A stretch of DNA of 64,000 nucleotides from Spirochaetota bacterium (GCA_036821145.1 DAISJZ010000001.1:19900-83899); one strand, 5' to 3'; shown: positions 19,552 through 29,816, counted from the stretch's first letter. Translations and numbers: made by a program. The notes: a model not told the origin generated them from the letters alone.

Positions 19552-20436
19552 TTAACTAAACAAAACCTTTATTCTGTTAAGAATCTCACCATATAATTCC
19601 GCTGTTTTTGTTACAATTTCCTCAGGAAGCGGAGGCGGCGGCGAATTTTTATCCCATGGCGTAGTATCAATATAATCCCTGATGAACTGTTTGTCAAAAC
19701 TTACCGGGGATTTTCCGACTTCATATTTTTCCATATCCCAGAATCTTGAACTGTCAGGGGTCATTGCCTCATCAATTAGAATTATCTCTCCATTATAATA
19801 ACCGAATTCAAATTTTGTATCAGCCAGAATTATACCGGCTTGACTGAGCATGGAGCGTCCGAATTCATAGGTTTTAATAGTCATCTCTTTCAGTAATCCG
19901 GTATCTTTTTCTCCAATTGTTTCTTTCACGATATCAATTGATACATTCATATCGTGACCGACATCCGCTTTTGTCGCGGGGGTAAAGATTGTTTCAGGGA
20001 GTTTTTCAGCCATCTTCAGACCGGAGGGGAGCTCTACACCGGAAACTGAGCCCTTTTCATTATATTCTTTCCAGCCGCTTCCGATAATGTATCCCCTTGC
20101 AACGCATTCGAAATCTATCCGTTTTGTCTTTTTTACAATAACAGCCCTGTCTTTGAATAACTCAGGGTAATTTGAATAGGGAGCAGGGAAATTGCTGAAA
20201 TTATCTTCGACAATGTGGTTTTTAATGAAACTCATATTTTTAAACCAGAGAGAAGATATAGTGTTTAATATGATACCTTTCCCCGGAATCCCATTCGGGA
20301 AGATATAATCGAAAGCAGATATTCTATCAGTGGACACAATAAGCATATGCTCTTCATCAATCGGGTAAAGATCCCGGACTTTTCCGCTATAAATTTTTTT
20401 TACTTCAGGAATATCAATTTTAGTAATCGGATTCAT
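19552..20436 (-). CDS. purC: phosphoribosylaminoimidazole-succinocarboxamide (SAICAR) synthase
   Basis: N-terminus IYSGKVRDLY and overall PurC-like sequence. Confidence 0.9.
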   Translation of the reverse strand: MNPITKIDIPEVKKIYSGKVRDLYPIDEEHMLIVSTDRISAFDYIFPNGIPGKGIILNTISSLWFKNMSFIKNHIVEDNFSNFPAPYSNYPELFKDRAVIVKKTKRIDFECVARGYIIGSGWKEYNEKGSVSGVELPSGLKMAEKLPETIFTPATKADVGHDMNVSIDIVKETIGEKDTGLLKEMTIKTYEFGRSMLSQAGIILADTKFEFGYYNGEIILIDEAMTPDSSRFWDMEKYEVGKSPVSFDKQFIRDYIDTTPWDKNSPPPPLPEEIVTKTAELYGEILNRIKVLFS

Positions 20437-20444
20437 AATGCACC

Positions 20445-21896
20445 TTATCCTTTGAGTTTCTTAATTAGTATTTCATTAACAATCTGGGGATTTGCCTTAC
20501 CCCTTGATTCCTTCATAACCTGTCCCACAAGGAAGCCCATGGCTTTCTCTTTTCCGTTTCTGAAATCATTAACAGACTGCTCATTTGAAAGAAGTACTTT
20601 CTCAATAATAGTTTCAATTTCGGAAGTATCGGAAACCTGTTTTAGTCCTTTCTCTTCAATTATTATTTCAGGCTTTTTACCTGTTTCAATCATATCTCTG
20701 AAAACAGTTTTTGCGATCTTGCCGCTTATGGTATCATTATCAATTAATTTTAGAAGTGAGGCCAGATCCGCAGCTTTAACAGGGAAATTCATAATATCTT
20801 CAGGATCCTGGATCTGCCCCATAAGTTCACTCATAATCCAGTTTGATGCTTTTTTGGGGTTTGCACCGTGTTTAATAACATCCTCATAGTATTCAGATAA
20901 CTGTCGTACAGAAGTAAGCACTTCAGCATCATACAGAGGAATACTGTATTCCTCTGTAAAACGTTCCCGCTTCCGGTCAGGGAGTTCGGGGAGTGATTTT
21001 TTCAGCTGATCCACGAAATCGGGTGTTATAAGAACAGGTGTGAGGTCCGGGTCAGGAAAATATCTGTAGTCATGGGCATCCTCTTTTGATCTCATGCTGA
21101 AGGTTATCTGTTTTTCAGGGTCCCATAACCTGGTTTCCTGAATTATAAGATTTTTTTCACCTGATTCTATGAGATCAACCTGTCTGTCGAATTCATAACT
21201 GATTGCAGCCTTTACGGCTTTGAATGAGTTAAGATTTTTTACTTCGACTTTTTCTCCGAACTTCTCTTCACCTTTAAGACGGACAGATATATTCACATCA
21301 CATCTAAGGCTCCCTTCTTCCATGTTTACATCAGATACGCCTGTATATTTGATTATTGATTTAATCTTCTGTAGATAATTATAGGCCTCATCCGCTGTTC
21401 TCATATCCGGCTCTGAAACGATCTCTGCAAGAGGTATTCCGGTTCTGTTGAGATCTACGAATGATGCATTTTCACTTTTATCTTCGGAGTGGATAGATTT
21501 TCCGGCATCCTCTTCAAGGTGGAGCCTGGTTATACCAATACGCTTCATACCATTATCAGTTGCAATATCAATGTAACCTTTTTTACAGACAGGCATATCA
21601 TACTGCGAAATCTGATATGCCTTCGGGAGGTCCGGATAAAAATAATTTTTTCTGTCAAACTTGCTGTATTCTGACACCTCACAATTAAGCGCGATCCCGG
21701 CAAGTATACCCTTTTTCAGAGCCTCTTCATTAAGCACAGGCAGCACACCGGGAAGTCCCAGGCAAACGGGACATGTCTGGCTGTTCGGTTCAGCACCGAA
21801 TTTTGTGGAACAGCCGCAGAATATCTTAGTTTCAGTATTCAGCTGGACATGTACTTCAAGGCCTATGACAGATTCGTATTGCATAAATTTCCTCAT
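20445..21896 (-). CDS. gatB: Asp-tRNA(Asn)/Glu-tRNA(Gln) amidotransferase subunit B
   Basis: N-terminus YESVIGLEVHVQLNTETKIFCGC and C-terminal GatB/YqeY tail. Confidence 0.9.
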   Translation of the reverse strand: MRKFMQYESVIGLEVHVQLNTETKIFCGCSTKFGAEPNSQTCPVCLGLPGVLPVLNEEALKKGILAGIALNCEVSEYSKFDRKNYFYPDLPKAYQISQYDMPVCKKGYIDIATDNGMKRIGITRLHLEEDAGKSIHSEDKSENASFVDLNRTGIPLAEIVSEPDMRTADEAYNYLQKIKSIIKYTGVSDVNMEEGSLRCDVNISVRLKGEEKFGEKVEVKNLNSFKAVKAAISYEFDRQVDLIESGEKNLIIQETRLWDPEKQITFSMRSKEDAHDYRYFPDPDLTPVLITPDFVDQLKKSLPELPDRKRERFTEEYSIPLYDAEVLTSVRQLSEYYEDVIKHGANPKKASNWIMSELMGQIQDPEDIMNFPVKAADLASLLKLIDNDTISGKIAKTVFRDMIETGKKPEIIIEEKGLKQVSDTSEIETIIEKVLLSNEQSVNDFRNGKEKAMGFLVGQVMKESRGKANPQIVNEILIKKLKG

Positions 21897-22009
21897 GAGG
21901 TTTTACTGGATATAAAGATGTTTAAATAAATGAATTTTTAGTCAATAAAGAGAGTATTTTTTTGTCAAGTAAACAAAGATTGACATATTGAATTAGTACT
22001 GGTAGTGAG

Positions 22010-22471
22010 TTGTTAATGGAAGATACGAAAAAATTCATATTTGTAGTTTTATTATTACTTTTATCGGGAGTTTTTACAGGATGGGGTTATGGTACCCTAA
22101 TTGTAAACCGGCTTATGAGAGGTGAAATTGGCCTATCTGCCTTTATTTTTACCCCTTCAAAAAATCTTTTCGATACATACATTCTGCTTAACAGCGAAAA
22201 TGAATTAAAACGTCTTGAGGGATATTACTCGTACAGGGCAACCGGCTTGAGAGATTTTGATTTTCTTTTTAAACGATATGAGCTTGAAAAATCTGATATC
22301 ATAAAAAAAACAATAATCTGGATTGCAGATGAGGAAACTTCTGAAGAGAAAATTTATTTCTTTAAAAAACTTTACGATATCAGTACTGGATCTTTAAAAA
22401 TATATTTACAGAGAAAAATAGAGAGTTTTGAATTGATTCACAATACAAAAATTCAACCCCAGGGAGAATAA
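22010..22471 (+). CDS. hypothetical membrane-anchored protein
   Basis: N-terminal TM helix; no known motif; start could be TTG at 22010 or ATG at 22016. Confidence 0.35.
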   Translation: MLMEDTKKFIFVVLLLLLSGVFTGWGYGTLIVNRLMRGEIGLSAFIFTPSKNLFDTYILLNSENELKRLEGYYSYRATGLRDFDFLFKRYELEKSDIIKKTIIWIADEETSEEKIYFFKKLYDISTGSLKIYLQRKIESFELIHNTKIQPQGE

Positions 22472-22473
22472 CA

Positions 22474-22836
22474 ATGAAAAAGGTTATATTATTCACAATT
22501 TTACTTTCAGTGGTGCAATACTTAGCATGTTCCAGCGATGACATAAAAAATGTTCAGAATATACCTACTCTTGTTAAAGAGGGTTTCGTTTCCCCGAATG
22601 AATATGAAATTGTATGTATCGGTTTACCAAAGGAAGGCCTTACCGGTATACAAAAAGATGAGTCAGCGAAAAGAGCAGCAATTCTAAACGCTTATTTCTA
22701 TACAAAAGAACGGTTCGACGATACTGTCGCTCCGGATTTAGATGGTTCGGTTAAAAAGATGGAACTTTCTGAAACTCATGCAACAGTTTATTATGTAATT
22801 TCCAAAAGCAACCTTAAATCAAGAATGAAAAAGTAA
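22474..22836 (+). CDS. hypothetical lipoprotein
   Basis: Signal peptide with lipobox LACSS. Confidence 0.4.
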   Translation: MKKVILFTILLSVVQYLACSSDDIKNVQNIPTLVKEGFVSPNEYEIVCIGLPKEGLTGIQKDESAKRAAILNAYFYTKERFDDTVAPDLDGSVKKMELSETHATVYYVISKSNLKSRMKK

Positions 22837-22857
22837 TATTTTCCGGAGTTATTATAT

Positions 22858-24117
22858 ATGTCAGTAAGTCATGCTTCCAATAGTTATGTTGATGATCTTT
22901 GTGCGAGTGCTAAAAGCGCTGTTCGTACAGCAGCCGGACTTAGTACAAATGATAAGAATAATATCCTTATGAGTTTAGCCCGTAAACTTCGCGAGAATAA
23001 AAGTTATATCATTTCAGAAAATAAAAAAGATCTTGAAAATGCGAAAAAACAGGGTGTAACAAACGCTTTTTATGACAGGTTACTGCTTGATGAAAAAAGA
23101 ATTGAGGGGATTGCTGTTTCCGTTGAAGAGATTGCGAATTTTCCGGATCCGGTAGGAAGAATTGAAAATATGAAAGTTGTTCCATCCGGTATAAGGGTAG
23201 GGCAGATGCGTATTCCTCTTGGAGTTGTCGCAGTTATTTATGAATCAAGACCCAATGTAACCGTAGATATTGCCGCACTTTGCATCAAATCAGGTAACGT
23301 TGCATTATTAAGAGGCGGGGAGGAGGCTGTCCATTCCAACATGGCCTTTGCCAATATAATCAGAAATTCTATTAAGGAATACGGACAACCGGAAAACATT
23401 GTAAATCTAATGGAAAATCTGGATCGTTCCCTCGTTCCGATACTCTTAAAAAAAGATAAAGATATCGATATAGTGATACCGAGGGGCGGTGAAGGCCTTA
23501 TCAGTATGGTTACCCGGGAATCAACAATACCGGTTTTAAAACATGAAAAAGGTGTTTGTCATATTTTTATCGATGAAACAGCTGTGAAAGAGACTGCTGA
23601 AAGAATTACAATTAACTCAAAAGTCCAAAGGCCAAGCGCATGTAATGCCGCAGAAACGCTGCTGATCCATGAAAAATATCCTCATACTGTTGCACTTGTT
23701 CAATGCCTTATAGATAATGGGGTTGAGGTCCGCGGATGTAAAAAAACGATGAGCCTTACACCGCAAATCAGGCCTGCTGAAGATAAAGACTGGAGTACGG
23801 AATACCTCGAATTAATCATATCAGTTAAAATTGTATCTTCTTTTGATGAAGCGATTGATCATATCAGCCGGTATAATTCAGGCCATACTGAAACAATTGT
23901 CACATCGGATTATTATAATTCCGAACGTTTTTTAAAAGAAATAGATTCCGCTGCAGTTATGGTAAATGCATCAACCAGATTTCATGATGGAGGGGAATTC
24001 GGACTTGGTGCTGAAGTTGGAATCTCTACTCAAAAACTTCATGCAAGGGGTGCTATGGGTATTGAAGGTCTCACAACTCTCAAATATATCATTTACGGAA
24101 ACGGTGAGGTGAGATAA
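22858..24117 (+). CDS. proA: gamma-glutamyl phosphate reductase (glutamate-5-semialdehyde dehydrogenase)
   Basis: ALDH-fold ProA sequence including the GHTETIVTSD region. Confidence 0.9.
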   Translation: MSVSHASNSYVDDLCASAKSAVRTAAGLSTNDKNNILMSLARKLRENKSYIISENKKDLENAKKQGVTNAFYDRLLLDEKRIEGIAVSVEEIANFPDPVGRIENMKVVPSGIRVGQMRIPLGVVAVIYESRPNVTVDIAALCIKSGNVALLRGGEEAVHSNMAFANIIRNSIKEYGQPENIVNLMENLDRSLVPILLKKDKDIDIVIPRGGEGLISMVTRESTIPVLKHEKGVCHIFIDETAVKETAERITINSKVQRPSACNAAETLLIHEKYPHTVALVQCLIDNGVEVRGCKKTMSLTPQIRPAEDKDWSTEYLELIISVKIVSSFDEAIDHISRYNSGHTETIVTSDYYNSERFLKEIDSAAVMVNASTRFHDGGEFGLGAEVGISTQKLHARGAMGIEGLTTLKYIIYGNGEVR

Positions 24118-24118
24118 T

Positions 24119-24706
24119 ATCAGACGTATAGGAATTTTCGGAGGGACATTCAATCCAATACATTTCGGTCATATGATAAATCTTGAGTTTATCAGGGAGA
24201 AATATTCACTTGATAGAGTACTTGTAATACCTGCAAAAAAACCGGTTCACAAAAGTATAAACGATAGAATTGAAACAACTGACCGGCTTGAGATGGTTAA
24301 GATTGCGTTTTCAGATAATCCTTTTATCGAAGTATCAGGTATCGAAATAAACAGAGAGACCCCTTCATATACAATTATCACCCTGGAAGAGCTGCATGGA
24401 ATGTATCATGATGATAAATTGTATCTTATTATCGGTTCAGATTCATTTAATGAACTTGACACATGGAAGTCTTATAAACAAATATTGGCAGACATACCGA
24501 TAATTGTAATAAAACGACCCGGAAGCGAGGCTCTAAGGGATGATATTTTTTCGTTAGCAGGTGAAGTAAATGTTTTTGAAAACCCCCTGATTGAAATCAG
24601 CTCCACCATGATAAGGGATCGAATAAAAAATAATTTATCTATCAGATATCTTACTCCGGATAATGTCGCTGACTATATTCATAAAAAGAGGTTATACAGG
24701 GTTTGA
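24119..24706 (+). CDS. nadD: nicotinate-nucleotide adenylyltransferase; apparent non-AUG (ATC) initiation
   Basis: The conserved N-terminal signature RRIGIFGGTFNPIHFGH lies upstream of the first ATG (24173). An in-frame TGA sits at 24110-24112, so initiation must fall within 24113..24121 (only ATC at 24119). A strong SD-like GAGGTGA sits 6 nt upstream. Confidence 0.75.
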   Translation: MRRIGIFGGTFNPIHFGHMINLEFIREKYSLDRVLVIPAKKPVHKSINDRIETTDRLEMVKIAFSDNPFIEVSGIEINRETPSYTIITLEELHGMYHDDKLYLIIGSDSFNELDTWKSYKQILADIPIIVIKRPGSEALRDDIFSLAGEVNVFENPLIEISSTMIRDRIKNNLSIRYLTPDNVADYIHKKRLYRV

Positions 24707-25818
24707 ATAAAAAGATCAAGATTGCCATAATTGCAGGAACAGTTATCCTGCTGTTCCTGGGAATAAATACATACCGCAAAGGAACCAGAAATGTAGTGGA
24801 TGATATTATAAGTAAGAATGGACTTATTAATATTCTAATCGCCGGTAGAAATGTATACAACGAAAATACGTTTTCTTTTTTTGCCATTGCGTCAATTAAT
24901 CCGGCAAATAATAATATTGGAATTACATTTATACCGCCGGATTACCGGATCATGATGAATGATGACGGTACAAAAGTTAAAAAAATTTCTGAAATTGATT
25001 TTTACTATTTCGATAAAATAAAAGATACTTTAAAAAAAGATATACAGCTTAATGTACCGTTTTATATCAAAATTTATTCCCCGGATGTTATACGTTCAGT
25101 CGATTTACTTGAAGGCATGAACCTTTTTTTAATTGATCAGATTGGACTGGCTGAAAATTTAAAATTCGGTCTTTCATATTTTGATGGAGAAAAAACTGCA
25201 AAATACATCAACAGCGCTGAACAGAACTCCATATATATGAAATATGACAGAATTCTGGATATACTCCTTACATTATACATGGATCGTGATAAGCTTAAAA
25301 AATTTCTTAATGAAGAGTTTATCAATGAGGTTTTCAAAAATATTAAAACAAATCTGATGCCGCAGGAAATATTATCAATAGCAGAAATCGTTTTTGAAAA
25401 GGGCAATGTTGACTCGACACTTCTTCCTGGTGGATTTAGTAACGGGCTTTATGTTGTTGATGAAATCAGTTACAGAACCTATCAGCAGGAATTCTTAACA
25501 AAAATTGTTACAGATACAGATTCGGATCCTAATGTTAAAATAAAAATACTTAACGGCACAAATATTCCGGGTCTTGCAAGGAAGATGAGAAATGATCTCA
25601 TAAGAGATGGACTTAACGTTATTGAATTCGGTACCTCAAATTTTCCTTTTATGAAGGATTCTATTATTATCTGCAGAAAATGTGATATTAAAGCAGCAAA
25701 TAAAACTGCAGAGGTTACAGGTATCAATAAAATCTACTTTGTAACTGACACAACACAACTAAGTAATGTTTTAATTATAATCGGTGAGGATATGGCAGGT
25801 GACAAAAAAGGAAACTGA
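24703..25818 (+). CDS. divergent LytR-CpsA-Psr (LCP) family protein with C-terminal LytR_C domain
   Basis: N-terminal TM anchor; NILIAGRN...ITFIPPDYRI resembles the LCP core; C-terminal KIKILNGTNIPGLARKMRNDLIRDGLNVIEFGTS resembles the LytR C-terminal domain. Confidence 0.5.
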   Translation: MNKKIKIAIIAGTVILLFLGINTYRKGTRNVVDDIISKNGLINILIAGRNVYNENTFSFFAIASINPANNNIGITFIPPDYRIMMNDDGTKVKKISEIDFYYFDKIKDTLKKDIQLNVPFYIKIYSPDVIRSVDLLEGMNLFLIDQIGLAENLKFGLSYFDGEKTAKYINSAEQNSIYMKYDRILDILLTLYMDRDKLKKFLNEEFINEVFKNIKTNLMPQEILSIAEIVFEKGNVDSTLLPGGFSNGLYVVDEISYRTYQQEFLTKIVTDTDSDPNVKIKILNGTNIPGLARKMRNDLIRDGLNVIEFGTSNFPFMKDSIIICRKCDIKAANKTAEVTGINKIYFVTDTTQLSNVLIIIGEDMAGDKKGN

Positions 25819-26176
25819 TACCACTATTATTGAACTCGGGAAAAAATGCCTGAATTTTCTTGATGACAAAAAAGCTGATAATCCTGTATTTATGGATCTG
25901 AGAAAAGTTAATTCTTATTTAAATTATTTTATTATTGCCACGGGGAACTCAAAAATTCACTGCCGTTCTCTTGCAAGAGAACTTGAAAGATTCGCAATTT
26001 CCGAGGGATTAAAACTTTACGGCAATCCTGATTATAACTCTGAATGGATTATTATTGATTTCGGAGAGATTATTGCACATATATTCACAGAAGAAATGAG
26101 AAGCTACTATCAGCTCGAAAAATTATGGGCAGATGCTGAGAAATATTATTTTGATCATACAGGAGATTACAAATGA
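25784..26176 (+). CDS. rsfS: ribosomal silencing factor RsfS (Iojap)
   Basis: RsfS-like sequence NPVFMDLRKVNSYLNYFIIATGNSKIHCRSLARELERF...EWIIIDFGEIIAHIF; exact start uncertain because it overlaps the upstream gene. Confidence 0.8.
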   Translation: MRIWQVTKKETDTTIIELGKKCLNFLDDKKADNPVFMDLRKVNSYLNYFIIATGNSKIHCRSLARELERFAISEGLKLYGNPDYNSEWIIIDFGEIIAHIFTEEMRSYYQLEKLWADAEKYYFDHTGDYK

Positions 26177-26562
26177 GTTTTTCTGAAAAAACTGATATCA
26201 GCACGATTATAAATAATAATGCATCTAACGGTTCAATGTCCTGCGCTCAAGCATTCAAAATTGCAAATGAATACAGTATATTTCCTGATATATTAGGAAT
26301 GGCAATTGATAGTAATAAAATCAAACTGAAAGAATGCCAGCTCGGTCTTTTCGGACATGGCAGTTCAAAAATTGTCAGACCTGCTGAAACTGTATCAGAA
26401 ACACTTGAGGATAAAATTTTTGAACTGCTCGAAGATGAAAAATTGCCATGTGCGGCTGCATGGAGTATTGCATCAGAGTTGAAGATAAGCAAGCTGGATG
26501 TGGCTTGTGCATGTGAAAAACTTAAGATTAAAATTTTCAAATGCCAGCTGGGAGCTTTCTGA
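26173..26562 (+). CDS. hypothetical protein made of two internally duplicated ~55-aa modules
   Basis: Module 1 CAQAFKIANEYSI...IKLKECQLGLF and module 2 CAAAWSIASELKI...IKIFKCQLGAF; overlaps the rsfS stop. Confidence 0.4.
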   Translation: MSFSEKTDISTIINNNASNGSMSCAQAFKIANEYSIFPDILGMAIDSNKIKLKECQLGLFGHGSSKIVRPAETVSETLEDKIFELLEDEKLPCAAAWSIASELKISKLDVACACEKLKIKIFKCQLGAF

Positions 26563-26584
26563 TTAAGACCCATCTGAGGTAGCT

Positions 26585-26632
26585 TGTACAGGAAACTTCT
26601 ACTATGAAGTATCCTGTACAATTATTATTTTT
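26585..26632 (+). terminator. probable terminator after the rsfS/duplicated-protein operon (convergent with the acyl-CoA synthetase gene)
   Basis: TTGTACAGG-(19-nt loop)-CCTGTACAA followed by TTATTATTTTTAAAA. Confidence 0.45.
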
Positions 26633-28415
26633 AAAACCTGTAAACACCTTTTTGTATATCCGCATAAACCTTTGGAGTTAATTTTATATATTTCTCTTTT
26701 GAGGGTTCAAAAAAATATAAAGGGTCTTTAATTTTTTGCGGGTCAAAACCTTCATTTTGCAGATGCGATTTTATCTGCTTAAAACTTGTTGTTGCATCTT
26801 TTTCTTTTCTAATCCTTATAAAGTAAGGACGGGCATATACAGGCAGGTTCTCAGAAACATATTTTGAAAAAGTAGCCGCATTAAGTTTTTTCCCTTTTAA
26901 CAGTGTAAGCGCGGCCATACCTGCTCTACCTTCCGTGTTTTTAACAGTAACTCCATATACATTTGAATCTTCAAATGTACCAAACCTGCTTAATATATCA
27001 GATACTTCATTTGTTGCAACAACTTCACCTTTCCATTTAAAGGTATCACCAAGCCTGTCAACAAATGATACATAGTCCTTTTTATGAAGCTTAAAAAGAT
27101 CACCGCTGACAAAATATCTGTCACCTTTCCTGAATACATTTTCTATAATTTTTGAGTTAGTCGCATCTTTATTGTTTTTATAACCGGAAAAAGGGTTTGT
27201 ATTGTTGATTGCGGCAAGGAACAGTCCGTTTTCTCCAGGTTTGCATTTGATTGCGAAGCCTTTATCATTTCTTAAGATTTCTTCTTTTTCAATATCATAT
27301 TTAACAACTTCACCCATACGGATACCTGCAGCAGTGAGACGGCCTATCATTCCCGGAACACCTTTTAGGTTGGATAATGCACCAACACCCTCTGTTGCAC
27401 CATAAACCTCTATTATTTTTTCTATTTTAAACCGGTTTTGAAACTCAACCCAGTAGTCACCTCTCATCCCGTTACCAAGAATATATTTCAATGGATTATC
27501 CCCGTCGTCAGTTTTTGGAGGCTGATTATTAAGATACCTGCAGAGTTCACCTATATATATAAATAAAGTTGCATTATATTTTCTAATATCATCCCAGAAT
27601 GCAGTTGCTGAAAATTTACGCCTCATGGCAAACGTACCGCCATGCATTACAGCTGTAGGCCATGCAATATTAATACCACTATTATGATAAAGGGGAAGAC
27701 ACATATATTGAACATCAGTTGATAATGCCCGGAGACTGAAGCCGCCGGCAGCATAACCTAATTGAAGCCATTTCTGATGCTTAAGCTCTGTTGCTTTAGG
27801 CATTCCAGTTGTCCCTGAAGTATAAATATATTCAAGAGTATCTTTTGAATTAATGGGAGGTTGAATTACGGGATTAGAAACAGGCTCGGATGAGAGGAGA
27901 GGGGCAAGATCTTCAAACCCCGCTGTAACTTTTATCTTTTTCTCCTCACACTCTACAAAGATTGTACCCGGCTTTTTAAGTTTAATATCTTTTCTGATTT
28001 TTTTGATTTCATCAAGATATTCATGTCCTATTATAAGGGCTCTCGCGTCTGCAATATTTATGGCATGTACAAGAGTATGACCTTTAATATTGTTATTCAG
28101 AAGAGCCGGTATAACTCCGATTTTGGCAAGTCCTGCATGTATTATGAGAAATTCCGGCCTGTTGTCCATTAGAAGAGCAACCGTGTCTCCTTTTATAAAA
28201 CCACGTTTCTGAAAAAGATGTGAATAACGGTTTGCTGCTTCATTGAATCCGGTATAGCTAATCATTCTGTCTTCAAAGAGAATCAGGGCTTTATCTTTAT
28301 GTTTCGCAGCCTGTTTTTCGATTATACTGCCGGCAGAAATCTCCTGCCTGTTTTTAAGTTTCAGGAACCATATCATTCCTTTGACATGAGAATAAAATCT
28401 TTTTAAATATTCCAT
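26631..28415 (-). CDS. long-chain acyl-CoA synthetase (AMP-dependent ligase, FATP/FadD-like)
   Basis: AMP-binding motif YTSGTTGMPKA and overall adenylate-forming enzyme layout. Confidence 0.8.
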   Translation of the reverse strand: MEYLKRFYSHVKGMIWFLKLKNRQEISAGSIIEKQAAKHKDKALILFEDRMISYTGFNEAANRYSHLFQKRGFIKGDTVALLMDNRPEFLIIHAGLAKIGVIPALLNNNIKGHTLVHAINIADARALIIGHEYLDEIKKIRKDIKLKKPGTIFVECEEKKIKVTAGFEDLAPLLSSEPVSNPVIQPPINSKDTLEYIYTSGTTGMPKATELKHQKWLQLGYAAGGFSLRALSTDVQYMCLPLYHNSGINIAWPTAVMHGGTFAMRRKFSATAFWDDIRKYNATLFIYIGELCRYLNNQPPKTDDGDNPLKYILGNGMRGDYWVEFQNRFKIEKIIEVYGATEGVGALSNLKGVPGMIGRLTAAGIRMGEVVKYDIEKEEILRNDKGFAIKCKPGENGLFLAAINNTNPFSGYKNNKDATNSKIIENVFRKGDRYFVSGDLFKLHKKDYVSFVDRLGDTFKWKGEVVATNEVSDILSRFGTFEDSNVYGVTVKNTEGRAGMAALTLLKGKKLNAATFSKYVSENLPVYARPYFIRIRKEKDATTSFKQIKSHLQNEGFDPQKIKDPLYFFEPSKEKYIKLTPKVYADIQKGVYRF

Positions 28416-28548
28416 ATTTTCCTCCTTAACTCGACAGATTTTATAGCAAATTACAATTAAAGTCTATAATTATTTTTTATAATAAAATTTATATCTTCTT
28501 ATTGATTTATTCAGGGATTTATTATTTATTAGTATTAAAGATGGGAGG

Positions 28549-29232
28549 TTGAATATGTCATCATATTACAGGACGATAAACGGAAAACATTACGACAGAG
28601 CGATGCTTGATATGGCTGACAATTCTGTTAATAAAAAGCGTGACGCAATTATTTCTCTTGCGGATGCAAGAAAAATAATCGGCAAAGCTTCTGACGCAGG
28701 TAAAATAACAGAAATAGAAGCGAGAACTTTGAATTACATTTTCGAACATTATAAATTTACAAAATCCGCAGAGGATTTTTTCAGTAATTTCGCTAATCTT
28801 GAAAAAAACGAACATGTAATTCTTGAAGAAGGCGGTCCGGCTGCTGATGATGATATTTTCGGTTTTAAAGAATTCATGGCTAAATATTATCTTTATTTTA
28901 TAATAATAGCTCTTATTCTTTTTCTTCTTTATCTTTATTCAGACAGGCTGACAGCTTTATTTACAGGAACTGCAAAAATTAATGAACCGGTTAAAGTTGA
29001 GCAGACAGCAGAACAGACAAAGGAAACCGACCGGCAGCAGGAAAATGTTTCTGTAACAGCAGGTGAAAATGAATATATTGTACAGCCAAAAGATACATTA
29101 TTCGATATCAGCAGCAGGCTGTATGGAGATCCTTCAAAATGGAAAGAGCTTTATGACAGAAATAAAGATATTATTGAAAAACCTGAATTTATTACACCCG
29201 GACAAAAACTTAAAACTGATATAACCAGGTAG
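28549..29232 (+). CDS. LysM domain-containing membrane protein
   Basis: Central TM helix (YLYFIIIALILFLLYLY); C-terminal LysM (YIVQPKDTLFDISSRLYGDPSKWKELYDRN). Confidence 0.6.
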   Translation: MNMSSYYRTINGKHYDRAMLDMADNSVNKKRDAIISLADARKIIGKASDAGKITEIEARTLNYIFEHYKFTKSAEDFFSNFANLEKNEHVILEEGGPAADDDIFGFKEFMAKYYLYFIIIALILFLLYLYSDRLTALFTGTAKINEPVKVEQTAEQTKETDRQQENVSVTAGENEYIVQPKDTLFDISSRLYGDPSKWKELYDRNKDIIEKPEFITPGQKLKTDITR

Positions 29233-29363
29233 TGTTGCTTCTAACATTTTCAATTTTAAAGCTTATAAAAAAAGTTGAAAAATTGATGTAACAAAAAAGT
29301 TTTGGCATCAACAAAACAGAAAAAGAACATTTTTAAATATAACCTCCTTTTACAACCGCAAAA

Positions 29364-29406
29364 CCCCCGTAAACTTCAATATATTACGGGGGATATTTAT
29401 TTTATT
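29364..29406 (+). terminator. rho-independent terminator downstream of the LysM gene
   Basis: Hairpin CCCCCGUA-(loop)-UACGGGGG followed by AUAUUUAUUUUAUU. Confidence 0.5.
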
Positions 29407-29419
29407 ATGCAAAATAATT

Positions 29420-29448
29420 TTGACAAAAAAAAGTTAATAATTTAGAAT
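29420..29448 (+). promoter_or_regulatory. sigma70-type promoter for cspA (TTGACA-17 bp-TAGAAT) giving a ~100-nt 5' UTR
   Basis: TTGACA at 29420-29425, 17-bp spacer, TAGAAT at 29443-29448; long leaders are typical of cold-shock genes. Confidence 0.55.
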
Positions 29449-29557
29449 GATCAAGATTAAATATTTACAATTACTATATTGCTGTAATAATCTTATTGCT
29501 TTGTTACTGGCAGTGTTACTGTAAATAAAACTTATTACTTTTTAAGGAGTTTTCTCT

Positions 29558-29758
29558 ATGCCGAGTGGTGTTGTAAAATGGTTCAATGAAAAGAAAGGCT
29601 TTGGTTTTATATCAAAGGATGAGGGGGGAGATATTTTTGTCCATTATACAGGTATAACAGGTGATGGGTTTAAAAGTCTCCGAGAAGGTGACAAGGTAGA
29701 TTTTCAAATTGAAGATTCTGATAAAGGTCAAAGGGCAGTCGCTGTCAAAGTGATATAA
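29558..29758 (+). CDS. cspA: cold-shock protein (CspA family)
   Basis: [30 protein letters not shown] with RNP motifs; AAGGAG RBS. Confidence 0.9.
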   Translation: MPSGVVKWFNEKKGFGFISKDEGGDIFVHYTGITGDGFKSLREGDKVDFQIEDSDKGQRAVAVKVI

Positions 29759-29777
29759 ATTCATATGAACCTTGTTT

Positions 29778-29816
29778 AAAAAAGAAATGGTATCCGTGGG
29801 ATACCATTTCTTTTTT
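29778..29816. terminator. bidirectional rho-independent terminator between cspA (+) and the MBL hydrolase gene (-)
   Basis: AAAAAA-GAAATGGTATCC-gtg-GGATACCATTTC-TTTTTT; 12-bp perfect stem flanked by A and T runs. Confidence 0.8.
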
